64,000 nucleotides of DNA from an uncultured candidatus Porisulfidus sp. (GTDB taxonomy: Bacteria; Pseudomonadota; Gammaproteobacteria; Poriferisulfidales; Poriferisulfidaceae), in NCBI GenBank assembly GCA_965204575.1, contig OZ241993.1:960001-1024000 (forward strand), read 5' to 3'. A model generated the notes under the pieces. It had not been told where the DNA came from. It worked only from the letters and a program-made list of their open reading frames with translations, and did not search any database. Positions 31,045 to 42,395 of this stretch are shown here, piece after piece; the first letter of the stretch is position 1; the number at the start of each line of letters is the position of its first letter. Both the position numbers and the translations under genes were made by a program.

Positions 31045-31888
31045 CGGGCTGGTGCGTGATCTGCCGGGCTGTCAGCCCGGCCGGAGGAGTGGGCGGGAGC
31101 GTGTCGAGCGGGTACACGATGGCCGTCAGCGTCGGGGCGGCCAGTACAGAGACTTGCGGCAGTTCGATTGGCTGGAAGTTCCAGGACAGGACCAGTAACT
31201 GGTCGAGACGGCGTGACTGGTCGATGGGTTCAATGCGCCCGCCGGCTTCCAAACGGGCGAGATCCTGTTGCAGCTGGACGGTCTGTTCGCGCAGGCGTTC
31301 GGCCTGCTGTACCTTCTGTGCATGGCGATGGCTCAGGATATGGTCGGCCGCGGTACCGGCGAACGCGCTGCCGAGAACCATGATGCCAGCGGCTGTCAGA
31401 GCCCGAAGACGGGCGCGGGCCTTTTGAGCCCGGCGGTATCGCAGGGTTTGGATCGGCTGCGACGGAAGGCTGAGGACCTCGGGGGTCGGGTCGATCCAAA
31501 TTGGCTCGGGTGCAGTGTCGGTCAGCGCGAACGCATCCAGCAGGGTTTCGCCCGTGATCCGTCCGCTGCAGGCGTTGCCGGTTTCGCGAAGGAGGTAGCG
31601 TCCTCCGTGCAGCTCGGCATCCGTGGTGACTTGGTACAGACCGGGTTTCTGCGGGATGAGCCCGGATGCGATCAGGATTTGCCAGAGCCCGTACAGGGGC
31701 AGACCAGGGTAGAGTTCGGACAGGGCGTCGACGGATTCTTGCTCGACATAGAGGGGCAGTTCCGGATCATCTGAGGCGACGGCCATCAGGCGTTCGGCTA
31801 AAGCACCGGTGAGATGTGTCAGCACCAGGTCGTCCACCAGGATTACCTGGTGTGAGCCGATCCGGGTGGGGCGGTCGAGCGGAATCAT
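31019..31888 (-). CDS. PilO-like pilus accessory protein
   Basis: ATG at 31888 coupled to the secretin stop (TGATG); cytoplasmic domain, TM helix, coiled coil. Confidence 0.5.
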   Translation of the reverse strand: MIPLDRPTRIGSHQVILVDDLVLTHLTGALAERLMAVASDDPELPLYVEQESVDALSELYPGLPLYGLWQILIASGLIPQKPGLYQVTTDAELHGGRYLLRETGNACSGRITGETLLDAFALTDTAPEPIWIDPTPEVLSLPSQPIQTLRYRRAQKARARLRALTAAGIMVLGSAFAGTAADHILSHRHAQKVQQAERLREQTVQLQQDLARLEAGGRIEPIDQSRRLDQLLVLSWNFQPIELPQVSVLAAPTLTAIVYPLDTLPPTPPAGLTARQITHQPDGSLRIVW

Positions 31889-33402
31889 CAAATGGCCACC
31901 TCGATGGGAGTGATGACGATCATCAGTTCCCGGTTGGTCTTCTCCAAGGTAGAGGCGGCGAAGGCCCGGCACAGGAAGTGGTCGCAGTCCAATTGATGAG
32001 CGGCCTGCAGCGACCGGCTCTGGATGAGCCCGCCGAGCAGGATGGGCTTGCCGCTCCGGGTGATGGCCAGCGTCGCCATTTCCTGAATAGCGATATTGGG
32101 CCGCGCTACGGTGGAGACGCCGGTCTCGAATTCGCTGTGCGAGCGGATCGACGACAGCACCGGGACAACTTCGACCAGGATGGAACCGTCATGGCGCATG
32201 CGCGGAGTGACGGCGATGCGGAAGCCAACCCGGATGTGCTCGAATTCGGTAGCAAGGACCGGTTCGCGACTGCCTTCGCCGAGCACCAGGTTGGTGCCGG
32301 CGATGAAGCTGATCTCCTCCCCGTCTCCGAGGAAAGTCGTCATGCCGTTGACAACGGTGAAGACCGGGTCGCTGCGGACCGTGACTTGGCCGTGCCGCGA
32401 CAGTTGCTGCACCATGGCGTTCAGGCTCCAGCGCCCGAATTCCAGCGCCGCATCGACCTCCCAGGCCCCGCCGGTTCGCACGAAGGACAGGCCGCCGGGC
32501 ACGCGGCGGGAGGCGGCGATGCGCCGGTCCACCGAATCGTAGAGCAGGCTCAGGTCTAGCCCGCCGCCGAATCCTTCCTCGCGGGAGACGTCGAGAATGG
32601 CAACGGCCATCAGGATCTGCCGCGCACCCCTGCGGGTCTGTTCGGTCAGCCAGGCATCGAGTTCGTGGATGCGCGAGACCGGTCCCCGTGCGCGCAGCAG
32701 TCCCAGGCGTTGATCCGCGACCAGCCAGGTTTGAAGGGATGCCCCGGGCGTCGGCGCCGTTCCAGCGTCGGACATCCCCAGGATCGAACGCGCATTGGCG
32801 AGCAGGTCTTCCCATGGGGAATCCGTGTGGTCGTAAGTCACCGTCGCGGCCCCCTCCTCGGACCGACTGTCGCCTTCGCCTCCTTCGCCGTCTTTGCTTC
32901 CGGCGGAAGAAGACAGCGAGACGGCTTGGCCGACCTTGAGTTTCGCCTGGCCGTGGCTGGCGAACGTGCTGACGTCCCAGGAACGCGTCAGGTAGGACGA
33001 CACGTGCACGATCGGCAATTCAGGGTCCAGTTCCAGCGCGTAGCCGGTCATGCCCTCGAGAATGTCCAGGTACTGTCGAAGGCTGAGATTGTTGACGCGG
33101 ACGCTGTAGCGCTGGCTCAGGTCGATCTCTGGAGCAGCGGGGACGAGGTTCAGGGCTGGGTCGGCCCGGGTCAGGCACTCGGCCAGCGTGACCTCCCTGA
33201 GGTTGAGGGTGACGGACAGGTCGGCGTTTTTCGCGTGCGGTTGCTCGATGCGGACAAACGGGCGAGGCGGGATCGGTGGAGCAGGTGTCGCGGTGGGGGC
33301 ATCCAGCGGTTGCGGGAGATGGATTTCGCCGGGCGAGACTTCCGGCCCGGCGCAGGCACACAGCGCGAGTGCGACCGGGGGCAGTGCAGCGCGTGGGTTC
33401 AC
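31888..33402 (-). CDS. Lipoprotein secretin (PilN/BfpB-like)
   Basis: Lipobox LALCA-C; Ser/Gly-rich linker; secretin C-domain (G..I.VTPR, ILLGGLI, RELMIVITP). Confidence 0.85.
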   Translation of the reverse strand: MNPRAALPPVALALCACAGPEVSPGEIHLPQPLDAPTATPAPPIPPRPFVRIEQPHAKNADLSVTLNLREVTLAECLTRADPALNLVPAAPEIDLSQRYSVRVNNLSLRQYLDILEGMTGYALELDPELPIVHVSSYLTRSWDVSTFASHGQAKLKVGQAVSLSSSAGSKDGEGGEGDSRSEEGAATVTYDHTDSPWEDLLANARSILGMSDAGTAPTPGASLQTWLVADQRLGLLRARGPVSRIHELDAWLTEQTRRGARQILMAVAILDVSREEGFGGGLDLSLLYDSVDRRIAASRRVPGGLSFVRTGGAWEVDAALEFGRWSLNAMVQQLSRHGQVTVRSDPVFTVVNGMTTFLGDGEEISFIAGTNLVLGEGSREPVLATEFEHIRVGFRIAVTPRMRHDGSILVEVVPVLSSIRSHSEFETGVSTVARPNIAIQEMATLAITRSGKPILLGGLIQSRSLQAAHQLDCDHFLCRAFAASTLEKTNRELMIVITPIEVAI

Positions 33403-34169
33403 GGCTGCCCCAGCACGACCAGTTTCTGGTCTTCGAAGACGTGCAGGACGAATTCATCCTGGGCCTGATCTCCGAGTTTTCGGGCCAGTTCGGTCAGGGC
33501 GTCCCACCAGGTCGTCGAGGAAATCAACGAGACCCGGGCTTGCAGAAGGGCGGATGGGACTTCCGGGCGAAGCGTCCAGCCGACGGGGACGATCAGGTCC
33601 AACGCCTCCTGCAGGGTCATGTCTTCGACGAAGATTTCGGCCGGATCGTACAAGCCGGTCGGCAAGGGCAGGTTCATTGCCGCCGGGTCCGGGTCCGGGC
33701 CTTCCATTGCGAGGCTTTGGGCGTCCTCGATTTCAATGGGGGAAGCCTGCCGCTCCAACTGCGCCTGCCATTCTTCGGTCGGCTGGATGATCAGGGTGCG
33801 ATACAGCGGATTGACCTTGAGTTGCCAGGCTCCCCCGGCCAAGACACTCAGAGCTTCCGACAGGTGAATGGGCCCGAGGTCCCGGTGAACTTCAGGCAGC
33901 GGCTGCGGCATCAGGATGGTTTTTGCCCAGTGGCTGCGTTGTTCGTCGAGTCGGTAGCCCGAACGCGTCAGCAGGTGGGCCAGGGCGTCGCCGACGGTGG
34001 CGATTTCCTGCGGAAACCGGATTTGGGCTAGGGTGACCTGGAGAGGGTGGCGTTGCGCATGGCTGCTGCCGGGCATCAGGTAGGCGTAGCGGGCGATGGG
34101 GACAGGATCTTCGGCGGCCGACCCCAGGCCGGGGAAGGCGAGGCAGCAGGCAAGAAAGGTTCCGCGCAT
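33399..34169 (-). CDS. PilL-like protein (ICE/plasmid type IV pilus)
   Basis: ARY..Q..PL..IRFP..TVGDAL..LL.RSGYRL..PLPEVHR.LGP..L.EAL..LAG.AWQL.V, matching ICE PilL N-domains as recalled. Confidence 0.75.
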   Translation of the reverse strand: MRGTFLACCLAFPGLGSAAEDPVPIARYAYLMPGSSHAQRHPLQVTLAQIRFPQEIATVGDALAHLLTRSGYRLDEQRSHWAKTILMPQPLPEVHRDLGPIHLSEALSVLAGGAWQLKVNPLYRTLIIQPTEEWQAQLERQASPIEIEDAQSLAMEGPDPDPAAMNLPLPTGLYDPAEIFVEDMTLQEALDLIVPVGWTLRPEVPSALLQARVSLISSTTWWDALTELARKLGDQAQDEFVLHVFEDQKLVVLGQP

Positions 34170-34219
34170 GGACAGGCTCCGGTTGGTCCTGCCACATTAG
34201 GCCAGCGAAGAGGCGAAAT

Positions 34220-34254
34220 CAAGGAAAAATGGTCGGAATTTTCAGACCATTTTT
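34220..34254. repeat. 35-bp palindromic direct repeat, copy 1 (upstream of pilL)
   Basis: CAAGGAAAAATGGTCGGAATTTTCAGACCATTTTT; internal inverted repeat AAAAATGGTC..GACCATTTTT. Confidence 0.85.
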
Positions 34255-34301
34255 AACCTTGTTAGATCAATATCTTATGAGATAAAAAATGGTATTGAAT
34301 C

Positions 34302-35165
34302 TTAGTTTCGGGGCGTTTTTCCGAGTTTTGGATAGAGACGCCAGAGCCCGAGGACGAGAATGGCCATCCATGCGACGCCGGTCCAACCGCCGGATGCGTC
34401 GGTGCCGAGCCAGGCGGGGCCGAAGGGGCCGGGATAGGTGAAGAACTGGAAGGACTTAAGGCTGAACACCATGGCAGCATGTGCGCCGATGCAGAACGCC
34501 AGGTTGCCGGTGTGCAGCCGCACGAGGCCGAGGCCGAGACCGATCAGAAGCAGCAAGGACAGGCGGGGCAGTTGCTCCAGCCACTGTTCGGGCATGTCGA
34601 GCGTGGCATTGGCAAGCAGCAGCCACCCTCCGTTCCACTGGTCCGCCAATCCCGAATCGGGTGTCGGGTTGAGGAAGTGGATGCCGGCATAGAACAGGGC
34701 CGAGGCGGTCAGTGGCAGCCAGTAGCCGGAAACCCGGGACAGCAGGAGGCCGCGGAAATACAGTTCTTCCACCGTCGCGACGGCGAGCGCCGCAATCAGG
34801 TATCCGGCCAGCTTGTAGCTCAACTCCAGGCTCCACATCCAGGGATCGAGGAAGCGTGCGTTCATCTCGAGGAGGAACAGCCACAGGGGCACCAGCAGGG
34901 CGGCCGTGAGGGAGAATGCGACCAACCCCTGCACGAGCAGGGATTCGATGCCGCCGCTCAGGCCGAGAGCGTCTCGGGTGACTCGATGCCGTGCCCACAG
35001 TACGAGTACCACGACGGCGACCAGCAGTGCACCGTACTTGACGAGCTTGTGGTGCGGGACCGGCAGCGGCCAAAGCGCATAGACCAGCCCCCATAGGAAG
35101 GCACCCCCCGCCAGTGCAACGAGCAGCAGGAAGGTGTAGGTCCAGAAGCTTCGCACGAGAACCAA
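34302..35165 (-). CDS. CPBP (Abi/CAAX) family intramembrane glutamic endopeptidase
   Basis: EELYFRG, FYAGIH and HAAM motifs in a multi-TM protein. Confidence 0.85.
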   Translation of the reverse strand: MVLVRSFWTYTFLLLVALAGGAFLWGLVYALWPLPVPHHKLVKYGALLVAVVVLVLWARHRVTRDALGLSGGIESLLVQGLVAFSLTAALLVPLWLFLLEMNARFLDPWMWSLELSYKLAGYLIAALAVATVEELYFRGLLLSRVSGYWLPLTASALFYAGIHFLNPTPDSGLADQWNGGWLLLANATLDMPEQWLEQLPRLSLLLLIGLGLGLVRLHTGNLAFCIGAHAAMVFSLKSFQFFTYPGPFGPAWLGTDASGGWTGVAWMAILVLGLWRLYPKLGKTPRN

Positions 35166-35234
35166 TTCTCCAATCTTCGGAAACCCATGATTTTAGAGGA
35201 AATGGGGCCGACTACACCAAACCGGCCAAAAAGG

Positions 35235-35269
35235 CAAGGAAAAACGGTCGGAATTTTCAGACCATTTTT
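35235..35269. repeat. 35-bp palindromic direct repeat, copy 2 (upstream of the CPBP gene)
   Basis: CAAGGAAAAACGGTCGGAATTTTCAGACCATTTTT; one mismatch to copy 1. Confidence 0.85.
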
Positions 35270-35381
35270 TCTTGCTTTCTCCCTTGCTTTCGGGCACGCT
35301 TGGGGTTCGAACCGGATGGGCCCGAAAGGTGTTCCGTTCTCGCCCGTCCCGCCGAGGAAAGACTGTCCCAAGGAGGGCTTC

Positions 35382-35750
35382 ATGGACCCGAACGCTCAGA
35401 AATCCGAGCCCGCTTCCGACGCACGCAAGCGGTCCGCCCCGCGTCCGCCCAAATTCGATACAATGCGGGCAGTCGGGAACCTGAAAGAGGCGGAATTCCG
35501 GGAGCAACAGGCCGTGGCCATCGTCGAGACCATCCGGGATGCACAGGTCGAGTTCGCCACGAGGGACGACCTGCATGCCGGGCTGGAAAAACTGGAACTC
35601 GTCCTGCGCGGCGAGATCGGCGAGTTGCGCAGTGAGATACAGGATCAGTTTGCCACGATGTACTGGCGTTTCCTGATCGGTGCCGGCATCGCCGTCAGCA
35701 TCATCGTCGGAATTTTGGGAATCATGATCACTCTCGCAAACGGGACGTGA
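35382..35750 (+). CDS. DUF1640/CCDC90-like coiled-coil membrane protein
   Basis: FDT..V..LKEA.F.EQQA.AIV..ATRDDL..LR.EI, C-terminal TM helix; AGGAGG RBS. Confidence 0.65.
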   Translation: MDPNAQKSEPASDARKRSAPRPPKFDTMRAVGNLKEAEFREQQAVAIVETIRDAQVEFATRDDLHAGLEKLELVLRGEIGELRSEIQDQFATMYWRFLIGAGIAVSIIVGILGIMITLANGT

Positions 35751-35840
35751 CATCAAAGGCATCGATACTCTTCCGGTAGGCTTTTCCGGCGGACCCTCCG
35801 CAGACCGGTCGCATTCCTTATACTATTAAGCCGCGACAGG

Positions 35841-35926
35841 GCGAAAGTGGCGGAACTGGTAGACGCGCTGGCTTTAGGTGCCAGTGGGATTATCCCGTGA
35901 GAGTTCGAGTCTCTCCTTTCGCACCA
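35841..35926 (+). tRNA. tRNA-Leu(TAG)
   Basis: 86-nt cloverleaf with long variable arm, anticodon arm CTGGC-TTTAGGT-GCCAG, CCA end; canonical position before tig. Confidence 0.95.
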
Positions 35927-35949
35927 CGTCCTCCCGCATAACAAGAACC

Positions 35950-37251
35950 ATGGAAACCTCTCTTGAAGTCTTAGGGTCGACGGCGCGCGCCTTGCGCGTC
36001 ACGGTGCCGCAGCAGCAATTCGTCGAACAGGTCGAGAACCGCCTCCGCCAGCTCTCCCGGACCTTGCGCATCAAGGGCTTCCGTCCGGGCAAGGTGCCGG
36101 TGCAGGTGGTCCGGCAGCGCCATCTCCCGCAGGTCTACGGCGAGGTGGTGGAGAAGCTGGCCAACGACTCCCTGCGCGAGGCGCTGGCAGCGGAAAAAGT
36201 GCAGCCGGTGGTCGATCCGCGGGTCACGGTGGAAGAGTACGGCGAAGACCGCCCGATGAAGTACCAGGCCCGGTTCGACGTCTACCCGGAGCTTGCGGAA
36301 TCGAAGGTTTCCGGGCTGACGCTGACCGAACCCGAGGTCGCGGTGGAAGACGCGGAGGTGGAAGAAGGGATGGAACGACTGCGCCGCCAGTCCGTCGACT
36401 GGAAAGCGGTGAAGCGGCCGGCAGCGGCCGGCGACCAGGTGGCGTTCCAGTACGCGACTTGTGGAATGGACGAGACGCTCGCGGAGATCGTCGAGGACAG
36501 CCCGGACATGGCCCTGGTGCTGGAGCCGGGCACGATGCTGGAGGAGTTGCACGAACATCTTGCGGGGATGAGCGCGGGTGACGAGAAATCGGCGCAGGTG
36601 GCCTTTGCGGAACGGGCTGACGGACACCCCCTGTCCGGGCAGACCCGGCAGTTCCGGGTTCGCGTGCAGGAGGTGCGCGAGGCCGTGTTGCCGGACTGGG
36701 AGGATTCGGCGTGGCTCGCACAATGCGGTGGCGCGGGCGCGACGCGCGAGACGATCCGGGATTCCGTGCACGCACACCTGGATTACCGGCGGGTGGAGAT
36801 GCAGCGCGAGTACCTGGTCGGGCAGATCACGCAGGGTCTTGCGGCGGGGAAAGAGCCGGCATTGCCGGTGCCCGAATCGCTTCGGGAATGGTGTTTGTCG
36901 GTACGCGTGAAAGAAATGGGGATCCCGCCGGAGCAGGAGCTGGGCGGGGATCACCCGGTCCACCAGATGGCGCTGTTGGATGCCCGGCGAATCACGGCGT
37001 TTCAAACGTTGCGCGCGTCGAGCGGGGCGGAGCCGACCGAAGAGGACCAGAAGCGGATCGAGGAGGCCTATGCCGGGCAGTTCAAGGATCCGGCGGCGGC
37101 CCGGCGCAATGCGCGGCGGAATCCGGACGTGCGCGGGCACCTGGAACGCGAGGCGGCCTGGGACGTTATCATCCGCTGGGTACTGGAACATGCTACAGTG
37201 AAAAAGGAGCGCATGACGCTGGAACAGCTGGGCGAGCGGACCGGACGATGA
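35950..37251 (+). CDS. tig: Trigger factor
   Basis: Ribosome-binding GFRPGKVP motif, FDVYPE; upstream of clpPX. Confidence 0.9.
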   Translation: METSLEVLGSTARALRVTVPQQQFVEQVENRLRQLSRTLRIKGFRPGKVPVQVVRQRHLPQVYGEVVEKLANDSLREALAAEKVQPVVDPRVTVEEYGEDRPMKYQARFDVYPELAESKVSGLTLTEPEVAVEDAEVEEGMERLRRQSVDWKAVKRPAAAGDQVAFQYATCGMDETLAEIVEDSPDMALVLEPGTMLEELHEHLAGMSAGDEKSAQVAFAERADGHPLSGQTRQFRVRVQEVREAVLPDWEDSAWLAQCGGAGATRETIRDSVHAHLDYRRVEMQREYLVGQITQGLAAGKEPALPVPESLREWCLSVRVKEMGIPPEQELGGDHPVHQMALLDARRITAFQTLRASSGAEPTEEDQKRIEEAYAGQFKDPAAARRNARRNPDVRGHLEREAAWDVIIRWVLEHATVKKERMTLEQLGERTGR

Positions 37252-37874
37252 CGGACATCCAATCCCAATACATCCCCATGGTGGTGGAGCAGAGCGCGCG
37301 CGGCGAGCGTGCGTACGACATCTATTCGCGCCTGCTCAAGGAGCGGGTGGTCTTCATCGTGGGCGGCATCGACGACCACGTGGCCAACCTGGTGGTGGCG
37401 CAGATCCTGTTCCTGGAGTCGGAGAACCCGGACAAGGACATCTCCCTGTACATCAATTCCCCGGGGGGGTCGGTCAGCGCCGGGCTCGCGGTGCACGACA
37501 CGATGCAGTTCTGCCGCCCCGACGTCAGCACCCTGTGCATCGGGCAGGCGGCGAGCATGGGGGCGCTGCTGCTGGCGGCCGGCGCGCCCGGCAAGCGCTA
37601 CGCGCTGCCGCATTCGCGAATCATGATCCATCAGCCGCTGGGCGGCTTCGAGGGGCAGGCCACCGACGTGGACATTCACGCCAAGGAAATCCTGCGGGCC
37701 CGGGAGCAGGTCAACCAGGTGCTGGCGCGGCATACCGGCAAGAAAGTTGATAAAATCCGGCAAGATACGGAGCGCGACCACTTCATGAGCAGCGAGGCCG
37801 CGCAGAAGTACGGGATCGTCGACCAGGTGCTGACCACCCGGACCGAACTGCTGAACAACACGGATTCCGGCTGA
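37248..37874 (+). CDS. clpP: ATP-dependent Clp protease proteolytic subunit
   Basis: [40 protein letters not shown]. Confidence 0.98.
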   Translation: MTDIQSQYIPMVVEQSARGERAYDIYSRLLKERVVFIVGGIDDHVANLVVAQILFLESENPDKDISLYINSPGGSVSAGLAVHDTMQFCRPDVSTLCIGQAASMGALLLAAGAPGKRYALPHSRIMIHQPLGGFEGQATDVDIHAKEILRAREQVNQVLARHTGKKVDKIRQDTERDHFMSSEAAQKYGIVDQVLTTRTELLNNTDSG

Positions 37875-37903
37875 CCGGGGCGCGGCACAGGCAGGGCACG
37901 AGC

Positions 37904-39163
37904 ATGGAGAAAGGGAAAGACACGAAGGCGCCGTTGCGGTGCTCGTTCTGCAGGAAGAACCAGCACGAAGTCCGCAAGCTGATTGCCGGGCCGAAGGTCT
38001 ACATCTGCGACGAGTGCGTGGCCCTGTGCAACGAGATCATCCGCGACGAATTGAAGGTGGAGACCGAGCAGCGGCCGGATTCGCTGCCCGGCCCCGAGGA
38101 CATCTACGCTTCGCTCGAAGAGCACGTGGTTGGCCAGGAGCAGGCCAAGAAGGCATTGGCGGTGGCGGTGTACAACCACTACAAGCGGGTCAGTTCCCGG
38201 GCCGACGAGGACGACGACGTCGAGTTGGCGAAGAGCAACATCCTGCTGATCGGCCCGACCGGATCGGGCAAGACGCTGCTTGCGGAAACGCTGGCGAACC
38301 GCCTGAACGTGCCGTTCACGATCGCGGATGCGACCACGCTGACCGAGGCCGGCTACGTGGGCGAGGACGTGGAGAACATCATCCAGAAGCTGCTGCAGAA
38401 GTGCGACTACGACGTACAGCGCGCACAGAACGGGATCGTGTACATCGACGAGATCGACAAGATTTCACGCAAGTCCGACAATCCATCGATCACGCGCGAT
38501 GTCTCGGGCGAGGGCGTGCAGCAGGCGTTGCTCAAGCTGATCGAGGGCACCATCGCCTCGGTGCCGCCGCAGGGTGGCCGCAAGCACCCGCAGCAGGAAT
38601 TCCTGCAGGTCAACACCAGCGACATCCTGTTCATCTGCGGCGGTGCGTTCGCAGGCCTCGACAAGGTGATTCGCTCCCGCACCGAGAAGAGCGGCATCGG
38701 ATTCGGTGCCGAGATCTACAGCCAGGAGACGCGCGATTCCTATGACATCCTGAACCAGGTGCAGCCGGAGGACCTGATTCACTACGGGCTGATCCCGGAG
38801 TTCGTGGGCCGGCTGCCGATGGTGGCGGTCTTGGAGGAGTTGGACGAGGGCATGCTGGTCCGGGTGCTGGTGGAGCCGAAGAACGCGATCACCCGCCAGT
38901 ACAAGAAGCTGTTCTCGATGGAGGGCGTGACGCTGGAGTTCCGCGACAACGCCCTGGAAGCGGTGGCGCGGCAGGCGAAAGAGCGCAAAACCGGCGCCCG
39001 TGGCTTGCGCACCATCCTGGAGACCGTGTTGCTCGACACCATGTACGAATTGCCCTCGTTCGAGGGCGTGGTCCGGGTGGTGATCGACGAGGCCGTGGTC
39101 TTGGGCGACAAGTCGCCGTACCTGATTTACGAGGATCCGGACGTCGAGGAACAACTGGCTTGA
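37904..39163 (+). CDS. clpX: ATP-dependent Clp protease ATP-binding subunit
   Basis: CSFC zinc finger, [29 protein letters not shown] loop. Confidence 0.98.
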   Translation: MEKGKDTKAPLRCSFCRKNQHEVRKLIAGPKVYICDECVALCNEIIRDELKVETEQRPDSLPGPEDIYASLEEHVVGQEQAKKALAVAVYNHYKRVSSRADEDDDVELAKSNILLIGPTGSGKTLLAETLANRLNVPFTIADATTLTEAGYVGEDVENIIQKLLQKCDYDVQRAQNGIVYIDEIDKISRKSDNPSITRDVSGEGVQQALLKLIEGTIASVPPQGGRKHPQQEFLQVNTSDILFICGGAFAGLDKVIRSRTEKSGIGFGAEIYSQETRDSYDILNQVQPEDLIHYGLIPEFVGRLPMVAVLEELDEGMLVRVLVEPKNAITRQYKKLFSMEGVTLEFRDNALEAVARQAKERKTGARGLRTILETVLLDTMYELPSFEGVVRVVIDEAVVLGDKSPYLIYEDPDVEEQLA

Positions 39164-39293
39164 GGGCCTTGCCGGAACCGGAACCGGGCCGTGATTTCGG
39201 CCGTCTCGCGCGGGCGGAAGTTGAAAATCGGGCTTTTCGCCCTTATGATGCTAGTAGGACCGGGCAGAACCGGTGCATTCGAATAGGAGTCCC

Positions 39294-41741
<2,448 letters not shown>

Positions 41742-41870
41742 GCGGTAGCCCGTCCGTCCTCCCTTTGACTCCGGGCTTTGCCCCGGGATGCCCGGTCAAA
41801 TTTTGGTTATAATGACCCCACTTCAGCCTGACCTGACAATTACCTCACTGAATTTCGGAGAACCAAAACA

Positions 41871-42143
41871 ATGAATAAAAACGATCTCGCATCGGCGATG
41901 GCCGAGGATGCTGGCATCACCAAATCTTCGGCAATCAAGGCACTGGACGCTATGACGAATTCCATCAAGTCTGCGCTCCGTGCAGGCGACAAAGTCAGCA
42001 TCCCTGGATTTGGCACCTTCCAAGCTAAACACCGCTCCGCCCGAATGGGACGGAATCCGGCAACGGGAGAGTCCATACAAATTCCGGCATCCAACAGCCC
42101 TTCTTTTAAGGCGGGCAAGGCCCTGAAAGACGCGCTGAATTAA
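41871..42143 (+). CDS. hupB: DNA-binding protein HU
   Basis: GFGTF..GRNPATG..FKAGKALKDALN; after lon. Confidence 0.93.
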   Translation: MNKNDLASAMAEDAGITKSSAIKALDAMTNSIKSALRAGDKVSIPGFGTFQAKHRSARMGRNPATGESIQIPASNSPSFKAGKALKDALN

Positions 42144-42155
42144 TACTGGCCCCAA

Positions 42156-42231
42156 GGGTGCTTAGCTCAGTTGGTAGAGCGTCGCCCTTACAAGGCGGAT
42201 GTCGGGGGTTCAAGTCCCTCAGCACCCACCA
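42156..42231 (+). tRNA. tRNA-Val(TAC)
   Basis: 76-nt cloverleaf, anticodon loop CTTACAA, CCA end. Confidence 0.95.
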
Positions 42232-42260
42232 TGCCGGTGGCTTTGTCTGTTTTCTGAGGT

Positions 42261-42337
42261 GGAGTGGTAGTTCAGTTGGTTAGAATACCGGCCTGTCACG
42301 CCGGTGGTCGCGGGTTCGAGTCCCGTCCACTCCGCCA
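42261..42337 (+). tRNA. tRNA-Asp(GTC)
   Basis: 77-nt cloverleaf, anticodon arm CCGGC-CTGTCAC-GCCGG, CCA end. Confidence 0.95.
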
Positions 42338-42395
42338 GCCGCCGGAAGCCCGCATCCCTCCCACTCCTCTCAGATCCAGCCTGACCCGCTAAAAA

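Noticed and set aside
24340-35926. Integrative element bounded by the ychF 3' end and tRNA-Leu
   Set aside because: No duplicate of the ychF 3' end or of tRNA-Leu was found, the block lies 5' of the tRNA, and there is no integrase.
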